A DNA stretch of 64,000 nucleotides from Gammaproteobacteria bacterium (GCA_029862125.1 JAOTXY010000001.1:26025-90024); one strand, 5' to 3'; positions 30,574-40,685 are shown, counted from the stretch's first letter. A program made the numbers and translations. The notes: generated by a model from the letters alone, not told the origin.

Positions 30574-33500
30574 TCCGCTCGGTAAAACAAACCGGCTATA
30601 TCCTGCTGCCGGTGATCGTCGTGATCACGGTGGTGGCGGCGATCGCGTTGCTGATGAATACCGAAAGCGCGCTTGAAAGCAATACCGCCGGCAGCGAACT
30701 CGACGCGCAGCAGGCACAATACGTTGCCGAGGCGGGATTGAATCATGCCCTGTGGCTGGCGCAACAGCAGGGCTGTGGCCCGTATAGCAATCTGACCGAC
30801 GAGCCGCTGGATAACGATAAATACACCTCCAACCTGACCACCGACCTCGGCAGCACCACCAGCTATTCGAGTACCGTGGACCAAGATACGTGGATCACAA
30901 GCAACCAACCGGACGACAATAAAGGCAGCGATGGCGTCCTGCATGTCGGTTTCAATAGCGGTGATAGCGAACGCCCGTTACTGCGCTTCGATCTGTCTTC
31001 AATTCCGGTGAAGGCCGCGATTCTGTCAGCCACGGCCTGGTTTTATGTCGACCAGTCCCATCCCGAAGGGGCGGTCGACATCCATCGCATCACTGCCGAC
31101 TGGATCGAGACTGACGCTACCTGGAACACGATGAACGCCAACATGGATAGCGCCGTGATCACCAGCATTCCGCCTCAGCCAACCAGCGATGTATGGGTTG
31201 CGGTCAATCTCACCAGCCAGGTGCAGGCCTGGATTAACGACCAGCCCAACTATGGCATTACGCTGAACTCGACCAGCGAGGGCGTCGATGGCAGATACGA
31301 TAGCCGCGAGTCTGCCAACGCGCCCTACCTCGAAGTTATCGTCGGTACACCGCCGACGTCACCGGCGCTGCTGAAAGCGGTCGGTATGCTCGCCAACGGC
31401 GTCACGCGAGACATCACTCGCAACGATGTGGTGTTGTATCAACATCCACCGGGAATGCTCCAGCTGCAGCCTGGTGCGGCGGATGGGGAAGACGCCGAAA
31501 TCTGGGATCAGGCACCCAACAATAACTACGGCGCCGCTGATGAAACCTGGGTTTCATCAGCGGTCAGTGATACCACGCGTTCACTGTTGCGCTTCAACCT
31601 GGGTGCGATACCGGCCGGTGCGAGAATTATGCGTGCAGACCTGTCCCTGGAGCGGGAGAGCGGTTCCGGGGCGGACCAGCCGGTGTCGGCACATCGCATC
31701 GTGAACCCGTGGAGCGAAGCCTCGGTGACCTGGAACCAACGGGAATCCGGCACCAACTGGGACACCGCTGGTGCCGATTTCGATAACATGGCGATTACGA
31801 CGACTCCGGTCGGTCCGGTAAACCAGCGCTATGCCTGGAACATTACGTCGCTGGTGCAAGGCTGGGTTGACGGCAGTTACCCGAACTACGGCGTTGCACT
31901 GGTCGCCGCGATCGCGGGAATGCCGGGTGAGCGATTCTATACCAGCGACGAAACAGATGAGACGCGGCGTCCGCGCCTGATGATTAACTATACCTGCGCC
32001 TGCGACGAAATTTGCGCGAGGCCACAGGGCGGCGGCAACCTGCTGATGGTGGTGATCAATCCAACCACGCTGGTGGCCGAGGATCAAAAGGCGAAAGACC
32101 TGTTCGAATCCTGGGGCTACACGGTTTCCGTCATCAGCGAAAGCGCCAACCAGTCCACCTATGATTCCCTAATCGCGCTTAACGATGTTGTGTTTATCTC
32201 GGAAACCGTGAATTCGAACTCGGTCGGTACCAAGTTGGTCAACGCCCCGATCGGCGTCGTCAGCCAGGATGGCGATTACAATCCCGATCTCGGACTGGCC
32301 CCGGGTGCGTCGCTCAAAATCGGCGGCGATATCGATATCGTCAGTACCGATCACTACATTACACAGCCGTTCGCCGTCGGAACCCACCGGATCTATACCG
32401 CCGACATGGAACAGGCCATCGTCAGCGGCAGCCTGACCGCCGATCAGCAGACGCTCGCCGAGAACGCCGGCGATGGTTCGCTCGTGGTGCTCGACAGGGG
32501 CGACGCAATGGAGGGTGGTGGCACTGCCGCAGGGCGCCGCGTGATCCTACCGCTTGGCACCCGTTACCGCTTCGACTGGGATTACCTCAACGCCAACGGC
32601 CGGCTGCTGGTGCAGCGTGCGCTCGCCTGGGGTATGTCCAAGGACAAGTTCAGCAAGGGTAATGTCTTGCTAGTGGTACCGGACCCGGCGAGCCTGAACT
32701 CGCGTGACAGCTCCAAGCAGGCACTGATCGAATCCTGGGGTTACACGGTCAACCTGATCGACGACAGCGATAGCCAGGCCAACATCGATGCGGCGGCGGC
32801 GGCGAACGATGTCATTTACGTTTCCGGGTCGATCTCCGGCGGCGCGTTGGCCGACAAGCTGACCGGTTCGCCGACGCCGATCGTCAACGAGTTCAACGGC
32901 AAGCTCGACAACTTCGGTTTTTCCAGCTCGACTGGCAATACGGTATCGGCCGATACATTTACGTCAACCAATGCGGCGCATTATATTTCTGAAACCTTCG
33001 CCGGCGCCGCGACGACTGTATTCTCGTCCAGCCTGACGATGCCGGTACCGGGCGGCACGCTGGCGCCGGATTTGGAGACCGTTGGCGAAACTGCTGGTGC
33101 GGTAGCGGCGCTGGTGACTCTCGATACCGGCGCGCAGCGCTGGGACGGAAATCCGGCACCGGCGCGGCGGGTACACCTGCCGTTCGGCAGCGCTGAGACC
33201 AGCCAGCTGACCGCCGACGGTGAAAACCTGATGCGGCGCGCGCTCGAATGGGCCGGCGGCGCCGGATGCGTTGACATGCAACCGCTGCTGCTGGTCGTCG
33301 GTGATGCGGCGACGCTATCCAGCAAGGACGATGGCATGAAGACCCTGATACGGTCCTGGTGTTACAGCGTTACTGTCATCGATGACGGCGACAGCCAGGC
33401 TAATTTCGATGCCGCAGCCGCGGCGGTGGACGTGGTCTACGTGTCGGGAACTACATCGGGTCCGTCACTACAGGACAAATTGACCGGTTCACCGACACCG

Positions 33501-35513
33501 ATCGTGAACGAGATCAACGGTAAGCTGGATAATTTTGGTTTTTCCAGTTCGACTGCCTCGAGCGTGAGCGCAAGTGCTTTTAGTGCAACCGATGCGTCGC
33601 ATTATATTTCCGAACCCTTCACCGGTAATCCGGTCACTGTATTTACGACCGACCTGGCGATGCCGGTACCCGGCGGTACGCTGGCGCCGGACCTGCAGAT
33701 CGTCGGCGAAACCACCGGTGCGATACCGGCGCTGGTGACTCTCGATACCGGCGCGCAGCGCTGGGACGGAAATCCGGCACCTGCGCGGCGGGTACACCTG
33801 CCGTTCACCAATGCGGAACCGAGCCAGTTGACCGCAGATGGGGAAATCCTAATGCGGCGATCAATCGAGTGGGCCGGGTCCCCCTTACCCGGCCCGATCG
33901 CGCACTGGAAACTCGACGATGCGGTTGGGATGACAGCAATCGACTCGGTCGGCGGTAACGACGCGACGCTGAACGGTAATCCCGCCTGGACCACGGGGGT
34001 TGCGGACGGTGCACTCGAGTTTGACGGCAGTGGTGACTATGCAACGACCGATAATCCCTTTACCCCGCCGCCAGTGGGTACCGTTTCGTTCTGGATGAAA
34101 GTGCCCGGGTCACCGGCATCGCACGGTCGCATACTCGGGCTCGACGACACCTGGGAAATCCGCCATGTCACGACCGGCACCCCCGACGGTATTGCTTACG
34201 GGCTGGTGTTCGACCTCGGTGTTACCGGCGTCAATACCGAATTTGTCACCACCGTCACTGTCGATACACCGGACCAATGGTATTTCGTGGCCGCGACCTA
34301 CGATACCAACACCGATGCCTACCAGGTCTACCTGGACGGCGTGCTGCACAAGAGTGGAACCTATCCTTCCGCATTAGCGGTGCCGGCTGCCAACCCGCTA
34401 TCGCTGGGTACCAGAACCGGTTCCAGCAATTACTTTACCGGTACTCTGGATGACGTGCAGATTTACGATCGCATCCTGAGCGCGGGCGAGATTGCCGAAT
34501 TCTATTCCGCCGGTGCACCCGCTGTAGCCGCTTACACCGAACTTTACGAACCCTGGACCGCGGCCACGCCGGACAACTGGGAAACGGTTTCGCTGGTAAC
34601 TTTCGGCGTGCCGGCCAACGCGGTGGTCGAAGTTGCCGTAATCAACGAGGCGACCAGCGCACAACGCTGGGGCGGAGTGCGTGCGGTCGGATCGACGCTG
34701 GATCGGCGTTTGCAATTGCAGGAAGCCGAGGCCGGCGGCATCGATGTCGTCACCATGCACGTGCAGGCCGATGTCAGCAGCCAGATTGAACATTATTCCG
34801 ATAACACCAGCCAGATCAGTTTCATCCTGCTCGGTTACTGGACCGGCGCGGTTTATGTCGAATTGATGGATCCTTTCACTGCCAATGCCAGCAATAGTTG
34901 GGTCGAGGAAAGCCTCGCCGATGATGGCCTCGGACCTAACCAGGTGGCCGAAATCGCGATCGTCAATACAAATACCGGAGCCGAACGACTGGCCGGGGTT
35001 CGCCCCTCGGGCGCCACTTATCAACGGCGATTTATGCTGCACGAAGCCGAATCGGGTGGCGTCGATGCTTTGTCGATGATGGTCACCACCGATGCGTCAT
35101 CGATCGCCGAGGTCTTCGCTTCGAGCAGCGCGGATGTCGATTTCTACGTGCTCGGCTATTGGGACACGTCGCCGGGAACCTACACCGCGACCGGGGGCGC
35201 CCACGGTCAGGTATCGTCGCCGATGAGCTGGGAGACGATCGATCTGAGCAGCTACGGTGTTCCGGTGGATTCGGTCGCACAGTTCGTACTCGCCAACGAA
35301 AACCAGGGCACCGAAAACAGCATGCGCGTGCGTGAAGTCGGTTCGACGATCAATAACAGGGCCCTGCTGCTGCACGAAGCCGAGGCCGGCGGTTCCGATC
35401 TCGGCAGCCTGCACGCCAACGTCGATGCCAGCCAGCAGGTGCAGTGGGCCGCGGCACAGGGCCCAGCGGGTGGTTTCTTTTACCCGGTCGGCTGGTGGGT
35501 GTTGTCGCCTTAA
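30570..35513 (+). CDS. Giant PilX/GspK-like pilin-adhesin (pilin N-terminus, 2 DNRLRE-like domains, 3 x ~207-aa repeats, LamG-like domain, 3 x ~105-aa C-terminal repeats)
   Basis: TG/YILLPVIVVI lacks E5 as PilX/GspK do, plus QAQYVAEAGL; two DNRLRE-like units (LLRFDLSSIP...WNT...PNYG; LLRFNLGAIP...WNQ...PNYG); LamG-like AHWKLDD...ALEFDG...LDDVQIYDRILS. Confidence 0.82.
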   Translation: MIRSVKQTGYILLPVIVVITVVAAIALLMNTESALESNTAGSELDAQQAQYVAEAGLNHALWLAQQQGCGPYSNLTDEPLDNDKYTSNLTTDLGSTTSYSSTVDQDTWITSNQPDDNKGSDGVLHVGFNSGDSERPLLRFDLSSIPVKAAILSATAWFYVDQSHPEGAVDIHRITADWIETDATWNTMNANMDSAVITSIPPQPTSDVWVAVNLTSQVQAWINDQPNYGITLNSTSEGVDGRYDSRESANAPYLEVIVGTPPTSPALLKAVGMLANGVTRDITRNDVVLYQHPPGMLQLQPGAADGEDAEIWDQAPNNNYGAADETWVSSAVSDTTRSLLRFNLGAIPAGARIMRADLSLERESGSGADQPVSAHRIVNPWSEASVTWNQRESGTNWDTAGADFDNMAITTTPVGPVNQRYAWNITSLVQGWVDGSYPNYGVALVAAIAGMPGERFYTSDETDETRRPRLMINYTCACDEICARPQGGGNLLMVVINPTTLVAEDQKAKDLFESWGYTVSVISESANQSTYDSLIALNDVVFISETVNSNSVGTKLVNAPIGVVSQDGDYNPDLGLAPGASLKIGGDIDIVSTDHYITQPFAVGTHRIYTADMEQAIVSGSLTADQQTLAENAGDGSLVVLDRGDAMEGGGTAAGRRVILPLGTRYRFDWDYLNANGRLLVQRALAWGMSKDKFSKGNVLLVVPDPASLNSRDSSKQALIESWGYTVNLIDDSDSQANIDAAAAANDVIYVSGSISGGALADKLTGSPTPIVNEFNGKLDNFGFSSSTGNTVSADTFTSTNAAHYISETFAGAATTVFSSSLTMPVPGGTLAPDLETVGETAGAVAALVTLDTGAQRWDGNPAPARRVHLPFGSAETSQLTADGENLMRRALEWAGGAGCVDMQPLLLVVGDAATLSSKDDGMKTLIRSWCYSVTVIDDGDSQANFDAAAAAVDVVYVSGTTSGPSLQDKLTGSPTPIVNEINGKLDNFGFSSSTASSVSASAFSATDASHYISEPFTGNPVTVFTTDLAMPVPGGTLAPDLQIVGETTGAIPALVTLDTGAQRWDGNPAPARRVHLPFTNAEPSQLTADGEILMRRSIEWAGSPLPGPIAHWKLDDAVGMTAIDSVGGNDATLNGNPAWTTGVADGALEFDGSGDYATTDNPFTPPPVGTVSFWMKVPGSPASHGRILGLDDTWEIRHVTTGTPDGIAYGLVFDLGVTGVNTEFVTTVTVDTPDQWYFVAATYDTNTDAYQVYLDGVLHKSGTYPSALAVPAANPLSLGTRTGSSNYFTGTLDDVQIYDRILSAGEIAEFYSAGAPAVAAYTELYEPWTAATPDNWETVSLVTFGVPANAVVEVAVINEATSAQRWGGVRAVGSTLDRRLQLQEAEAGGIDVVTMHVQADVSSQIEHYSDNTSQISFILLGYWTGAVYVELMDPFTANASNSWVEESLADDGLGPNQVAEIAIVNTNTGAERLAGVRPSGATYQRRFMLHEAESGGVDALSMMVTTDASSIAEVFASSSADVDFYVLGYWDTSPGTYTATGGAHGQVSSPMSWETIDLSSYGVPVDSVAQFVLANENQGTENSMRVREVGSTINNRALLLHEAEAGGSDLGSLHANVDASQQVQWAAAQGPAGGFFYPVGWWVLSP
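33106..33806 (+). repeat. Intragenic direct repeat, 621-bp period
   Basis: 33106-33185 and 33727-33806 are identical at 79 of 80 nt, within two duplicated ~207-aa modules. Confidence 0.9.
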
Positions 35514-35581
35514 AGGGCGATTGAATTGTCAATTTGCCGGGTTATGAACTATATAAATAGCGAATTTGGTTAAAATTAAAA

Positions 35582-36808
35582 ATGAAAATAAATATTCCCA
35601 AACAAATACGTTCGGTATGGTCGAGTACGCACTATGATTCGCCCGAGCTGACGCGCTTTGCCCGACGCAAAGCGGTTGCGGAGGCGCGCAAGGGGCTGGC
35701 GGCGATGAGTATATTGACCATGGGGATTTTACTGATCGAAGGCACGCTCTATGTCAAGTTTGCGCTCGACCCGATGTACCTCTACACCTGCGCGATCCTG
35801 GTGTTGTTGTCGCTCAATATGGTGTTTGCCTCGCGCACCGTCGGCGATCCCCAGGCATTGCATTTACTCGGTGTCACGCTGCTGGCGGTCTCCGGTAGCG
35901 CTTTTATATTACTGGCGCACTACCAGCATGTTTTTCACCCGATGTTGTTTGCCAGTGTCGCGATGCTGTTCATTGTGATACCGATGATGTCCTGGGGCCT
36001 CGGCGAAGCGCTCGCGGTGACGCTGCTGATCTATACCATGTTTACCCTGTCGACGCTGGAGGCCAATTATAATTTTGCCGATCAAAGCCTGTGGACCTTG
36101 CAATTCATTATGCTCGGCGCGAGCACGGTCAGCTTGTCGCTGGTGGTGCGCAACGTCAGGCTACGCAAGCACGACGTCAAAGCCCAACACGACCTGGTGG
36201 TCGCGCATGCGCAGATCACGGATTTGTCAAATCGAGATCCGTTAACGAGTGCCTGGAATCGACGCTATTTTGACCTCGAATTCGAGCAATACCTGAAGCA
36301 GTGTCGTGAAAATCAAAATCAATTCCATTTCATGCTGCTCGATGTCGACGATTTCAAGCTGATCAACGATGATTGCGGGCACGAAAGCGGCGACCAGGTG
36401 CTCAAGAATATCGGTCAGGCGTTTAGTAGTGTAATCGACGACCATGGCAGCCTGGTACGCATGGGGGGTGATGAATTCGCAGTGATTTTCGCCGACCTCG
36501 ATCCCAAGGTTATTGCGATTCGGGGATTGAAAATATTCTGTGATTTAAATGCTGCGAGTAAATATGACCTGATAAAGCAGGCAAGCCTCAGCATCGGAGT
36601 CGCTAGTGTGCCGCCTGATATCGAAGTCAGCTATCGCCAGCTTTACAAACAGGCAGACCTCGCGCTTTACCGGGCAAAAGCGCTAAAAGATAATAATCCT
36701 GCACCACCGAATATTGTCATCAGTATTTTGCACGACCCCGATGATGTTCTCAGCAGTACTCGAAGTTTGTGGAAAATGCCGGAAAGCGTTAGCAAGGCCG
36801 CCAACTAG
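35582..36808 (+). CDS. Membrane-bound diguanylate cyclase
   Basis: Multiple N-terminal TM helices, DPLT, DVDDFKLIND..GH..GD, intact RMGGDEF, no RxxD I-site. Confidence 0.9.
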   Translation: MKINIPKQIRSVWSSTHYDSPELTRFARRKAVAEARKGLAAMSILTMGILLIEGTLYVKFALDPMYLYTCAILVLLSLNMVFASRTVGDPQALHLLGVTLLAVSGSAFILLAHYQHVFHPMLFASVAMLFIVIPMMSWGLGEALAVTLLIYTMFTLSTLEANYNFADQSLWTLQFIMLGASTVSLSLVVRNVRLRKHDVKAQHDLVVAHAQITDLSNRDPLTSAWNRRYFDLEFEQYLKQCRENQNQFHFMLLDVDDFKLINDDCGHESGDQVLKNIGQAFSSVIDDHGSLVRMGGDEFAVIFADLDPKVIAIRGLKIFCDLNAASKYDLIKQASLSIGVASVPPDIEVSYRQLYKQADLALYRAKALKDNNPAPPNIVISILHDPDDVLSSTRSLWKMPESVSKAAN

Positions 36809-36892
36809 GCGCGTCTGTTTTATCACCTGATTGTTAATGAATCGGCGCTTGCTGCCGATCTATTGACTAATTACCGATTCGGATGCCTCCGT

Positions 36893-37756
36893 ATGAGCAA
36901 TCAATGGGAAAAGGTCACCATCCAGGCCAACCTGGTGACGTTGCCGGATATCTACTGGCAACTCAAGGAAATTCTCGATAGCCACGACTACTCGATGCAG
37001 GACGTGGCGCAATTAATCGTCTACGACCCGGGATTGACGGCGCGCATGTTGCGCATCGTCAATAGTGCTTATTTCGGCTTCGCCGCTAAGATTGATACTG
37101 TCACTCATGCGGTTTCGATTCTCGGAGTGCAACAAATCCGTGACCTGGTGTTAGCGACAGCGATTGCCGATGCGCTCGGCGACTACGAATGCGAACATCT
37201 TGACGTCAAGCAATTCTGGCTGCGCAGTGTTTATCGCGCGATTGCCGCGCGTAACCTGGCGGGCGTCTGCAGCCTGATGGACGGTGAGCGCATGTTTGTG
37301 GCGGGCCTGTTGAGCGGCGTCGGTCACCTGATCATGTACCAGTCGATACCGGTACTGGCGCAGCAGGCACAGCGCGAGGCCGAGGCCAACGGAAAACCGC
37401 TGCATCGGGTCGAGCGCGAAGTGATTGGTTTCGATCATGCCAGGGTGGCGAGCGGGTTGATGAAGAACTGGCAGCTGCCTGACAGCCTGGTTGCGGTGAT
37501 CGAGCATCACCTGGAACCGGACCCGGCGGCAGATTACCTGCTCGATACCGCGATTGTGCATATCGCCGCTTTGATTGGTGAGGCGTTTGCGCAAAATCGG
37601 CCACTGGACGAGGTTTTGGTGAATGTAGATGGCCATGCCTGGGATGCCACCGGGCTCGATATCGGCCGCTGCGAAGCCGTCGATGTCGAGGTTTCCGAGC
37701 AGTTAAACAGCGTCGTCAACATGTTATTTCCGAAACTGCAACGTGCAGCGGGATAA
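36893..37756 (+). CDS. HDOD-domain protein
   Basis: LPDIY, DPGLTARMLRIVNSAYFG, AVSILG, FWLRS, FVAGLL, GFDHA, WQLP. ATG 36893 chosen. Confidence 0.88.
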   Translation: MSNQWEKVTIQANLVTLPDIYWQLKEILDSHDYSMQDVAQLIVYDPGLTARMLRIVNSAYFGFAAKIDTVTHAVSILGVQQIRDLVLATAIADALGDYECEHLDVKQFWLRSVYRAIAARNLAGVCSLMDGERMFVAGLLSGVGHLIMYQSIPVLAQQAQREAEANGKPLHRVEREVIGFDHARVASGLMKNWQLPDSLVAVIEHHLEPDPAADYLLDTAIVHIAALIGEAFAQNRPLDEVLVNVDGHAWDATGLDIGRCEAVDVEVSEQLNSVVNMLFPKLQRAAG

Positions 37757-37911
37757 GTTCTAATAGTCGCTAGATCAACCGAGTTAAATAATGCTTTGTG
37801 ACCTGGTGTCAACGCAGCCGCAACGGGCCTGCCGTGGGCGAATAATTTATATCCCGTCTGCTAGTCGGACCTGGCGGGCTGGACACCCATCACAAAAGGC
37901 GGAAATACCTT

Positions 37912-37938
37912 TCAATATAACTGGTTTTTAGCCGATAA
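37912..37938 (+). promoter_or_regulatory. Sigma-28 (FliA)-like promoter
   Basis: TCAA-N15-GCCGATAA with a perfect -10 element, 37 bp upstream of pilM. Confidence 0.65.
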
Positions 37939-37975
37939 AGGACTATAAACGGTGTAATGTCCCGCATATAAGTCC

Positions 37976-39109
37976 ATGACAATACTACAAAAACTCAAAC
38001 GTAAAGCCGTATCCCAGGCAAAACCGGTCGGCCCCGGTTTGATTGGGCTCGATATTGGCAGCAATCAGATTCATTTATGCCAGATTCGTCCACTCGAACA
38101 TGGATTGTTTTCGATCATTGCCAAGGCCTCGATTGAGTACTCGGGTGGGCGCGATGCCCTGTTGGCTAAGCCTAAGAAACTCAAGAAGCTGATCGCGCCG
38201 GAACTGAAGAAAAAAAAATTCAAAGGTAAACGTGTTGCGGCGTTGATGCCCTGGGAAGATGTCAAAATTATCCTGCTGACCTACAAGGCCAACGTTTCCG
38301 ATGTTGATAGTGAAGTCGTAAAAATGCTGGCTAAACGCATCGAGGGGTCGATCGATGATTACGTCGTCGACTATGTTCCGGTGCGATCCAACCCGTCGGA
38401 CGAAGAGCACATGGTGGTCGCCACACTCGCAAAGCGGGAAGCCGTGGATACGCTGTTGCACACACTGATTAGCTGTGGACTCGAAGTCGACTCACTCGAT
38501 ATAGCACCGACGGCATTGCGTCGTATCGTCAGCGCCTTATACACCGGGCACGCTGCCGACAATGTGTTGATGATTAATACCTATCGCAATGAGTCCTACC
38601 TGACCGTGATATCGGGGCGCAGGTTGTTGTTCAATCAAGCGGTACCATTCGGAGAAACCCTGTTGCTCGAGACTATCGCGCGTGAACTTGACATATCGAT
38701 CGAATCAGCACGTGCGCAAATTATTGATCATGGCCTCGAAAAGCAGGCGCAGTCACTTGCGGTCGGCTCCGATTTGGAAACCAACGTATCGGCGACCTTG
38801 CTCGAAATCGTCAAACCCTGCTTTCTCGATTTAATCAATGAAATCAACCGGGTCCTGGTATTTACCGCCTCGGAAACGCATGGCGTACCGGTAAGCCGAA
38901 TCTGTCTGCTGGGATGCATTGCCCAATGGCCGGGCGCACAACAGGTATTGCTGTCACTACTTGATTTCGACGCGCCCGACGGTCAAACCGAATTCACCCA
39001 GGTGTTCCAGGATGAAAACGAAGATACCCGTATTCCCTGGGAAGGTCTTTTCTCTGAAATTTCGATCGCGATGGGGCTTGCGTTAAGGGGGCTGGTGGCG
39101 AATGAGTGA
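37976..39109 (+). CDS. pilM: Type IV pilus alignment protein PilM-like
   Basis: Actin-like IGLDIGS motif, VVDY, LDIAPTAL, C-terminal IAMGLALRG. Confidence 0.82.
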   Translation: MTILQKLKRKAVSQAKPVGPGLIGLDIGSNQIHLCQIRPLEHGLFSIIAKASIEYSGGRDALLAKPKKLKKLIAPELKKKKFKGKRVAALMPWEDVKIILLTYKANVSDVDSEVVKMLAKRIEGSIDDYVVDYVPVRSNPSDEEHMVVATLAKREAVDTLLHTLISCGLEVDSLDIAPTALRRIVSALYTGHAADNVLMINTYRNESYLTVISGRRLLFNQAVPFGETLLLETIARELDISIESARAQIIDHGLEKQAQSLAVGSDLETNVSATLLEIVKPCFLDLINEINRVLVFTASETHGVPVSRICLLGCIAQWPGAQQVLLSLLDFDAPDGQTEFTQVFQDENEDTRIPWEGLFSEISIAMGLALRGLVANE

Positions 39110-39758
39110 AATAGACCTGTTCCCCGAAGACCTGCGCAAGCGCCTGCTGTTCGTGAGCTGGTTCAAATTAAGCGGTTATGCGATCGTCCTGTTAACGATA
39201 GTGTTTGTGGTCGCTTTTATATTGCTACGCGAGGCGAACGCGCAAATCGATGAGCAGATTCAGCACTTCCAGTCGCAGCGCGAAATCACCAACGCCAACC
39301 GTCAGCAACTGGAACAACTCAACCAGCAAAAGAACGATCTGAAGCAACAGCTGGACCTGCTGACCGGGTTGCGCAGTGGGGCCTCGGCCGAACAGATGAT
39401 GCTGATGATCGATCGCGCGTTGCCCGGGTCTGATGTCTGGCTCACCAACTGGAAATTTCGTCGTGCCGGCACCCCGGTGGGTGATGCCCGGGAAGAGGTC
39501 AATACGGGTTACTTTATCGTGATTGCAGCCGATAACAGGAACAATCAGGAAGAAACCTGGAAGATCGAGACCAAGATGAAGATTCAAGGGCAGGCCCTGG
39601 ACCACGTCGCGATGTCGAAATTTGTATTAAACCTGACGCAGCAGCCGGAGATCGAAAACGTACGTATCGTCAGTTCGCGTCAGACAGAGGTCAACCGCAT
39701 CAAGCTGGTCGATTTCAATCTCGAAATCGTGGTTTCCGCGAGGTACGGGACCAGCTAA
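39102..39758 (+). CDS. pilN: PilN-like protein
   Basis: IDLFP variant of the INLLP motif, single TM, coiled coil, DVWLT; overlaps pilM. Confidence 0.78.
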   Translation: MSEIDLFPEDLRKRLLFVSWFKLSGYAIVLLTIVFVVAFILLREANAQIDEQIQHFQSQREITNANRQQLEQLNQQKNDLKQQLDLLTGLRSGASAEQMMLMIDRALPGSDVWLTNWKFRRAGTPVGDAREEVNTGYFIVIAADNRNNQEETWKIETKMKIQGQALDHVAMSKFVLNLTQQPEIENVRIVSSRQTEVNRIKLVDFNLEIVVSARYGTS

Positions 39759-40330
39759 TGCAGGATTTTTTTGAAAATGCTCAACCGCGGGTCGTTGCCA
39801 TGATGCTGATTGGCGTGGTGCTGTTGATTGCCCTGGTCGAGGCAACTTACCTGCTGTTGCCACAGGCCAAAACTTACCGTGAGCTTCATTCCAGCCACCA
39901 AATGCTGAAGCGGGCGGTCAGCAACAGCGATAGTCTCAACGACCAGTTGCAAAAGATCGATAATGAGGTAAAGAAATTGTCCCGTCAGCTGCATGGCGAT
40001 ATGGCGCAACTGCCGGTCAAGCAGATGGAATCTTTTGTCATCGGACGTTTGCAAAAGGTTTCCTGGGCCACCGATGTCGAACTGATGAGTGTGCAGCCCG
40101 GTAGTGGGAGTCAAGTGCAAAATTTTCGGGAGCGCCTGTTCGAGGTCAAGCTGAATGCGCGCTATCACGATTTCTTCGAATGGTTACAGATCGTTAACGA
40201 CGAGTTGGGCTATATCGTGGTCAAGAAGTTTGAAATTAATCCAAATGACCGTGACGCGATTAAGAATCCGAAACTGGACCTGACACTGACACTGGTGTCG
40301 TATCGCATGGAGCAAAAGTATGACTCCTAA
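39758..40330 (+). CDS. pilO: PilO-like protein
   Basis: N-terminal TM, coiled coil, LP motif, YHDFFEWL; follows pilN. Confidence 0.75.
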   Translation: MQDFFENAQPRVVAMMLIGVVLLIALVEATYLLLPQAKTYRELHSSHQMLKRAVSNSDSLNDQLQKIDNEVKKLSRQLHGDMAQLPVKQMESFVIGRLQKVSWATDVELMSVQPGSGSQVQNFRERLFEVKLNARYHDFFEWLQIVNDELGYIVVKKFEINPNDRDAIKNPKLDLTLTLVSYRMEQKYDS

Positions 40331-40685
40331 ACTACCTGTTTACCTGTTAGCGTTGTGGGCGCTCGCTACTGCTTCGGCATTCGGCGCAGAATCCGCGATC
40401 CTGGGTCTGAGCAATAATCCGTTCAGCCGGCCCGAGATATTCAATGCACCGCCACCGCCTCCGGCCAGTCAGGCAGACGTGTTGCCGCCCGAGCAAGTAG
40501 AGCTCAACCTGACCGCAACCATGGTTTCTGAAATCGCGCCGATGGTGATTGTCGACGGTGAGCTGTTGGCCATCGGTGACAAGATAGAGGGTCTGAAATT
40601 AATTGCGGTCAAGGAGGGCGAAGCAATTTTTACCCGCGCTGGCAAGAAATATTCCTTCGAGATAAAAAAGCAGGGGCAGAAATGA
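40320..40685 (+). CDS. Small exported PilP/MshK-like protein
   Basis: Signal peptide, NPF followed by a Pro-rich linker, then a beta-domain (LTATM...IVDGELLAIGDKIEG); between pilO and the secretin gene. Confidence 0.6.
   Translation: MTPKLPVYLLALWALATASAFGAESAILGLSNNPFSRPEIFNAPPPPPASQADVLPPEQVELNLTATMVSEIAPMVIVDGELLAIGDKIEGLKLIAVKEGEAIFTRAGKKYSFEIKKQGQK

Noticed and set aside
33106-33806. Near-identical repeat pair as a DGR template/variable region
   Set aside because: Both copies are in-frame coding modules, mismatches are not adenine-specific, and no reverse transcriptase is in the window.
37757-37975. c-di-GMP riboswitch upstream of pilM
   Set aside because: I could not find the GEMM-I or class II consensus elements by eye; kept only as a low-interest structured region.
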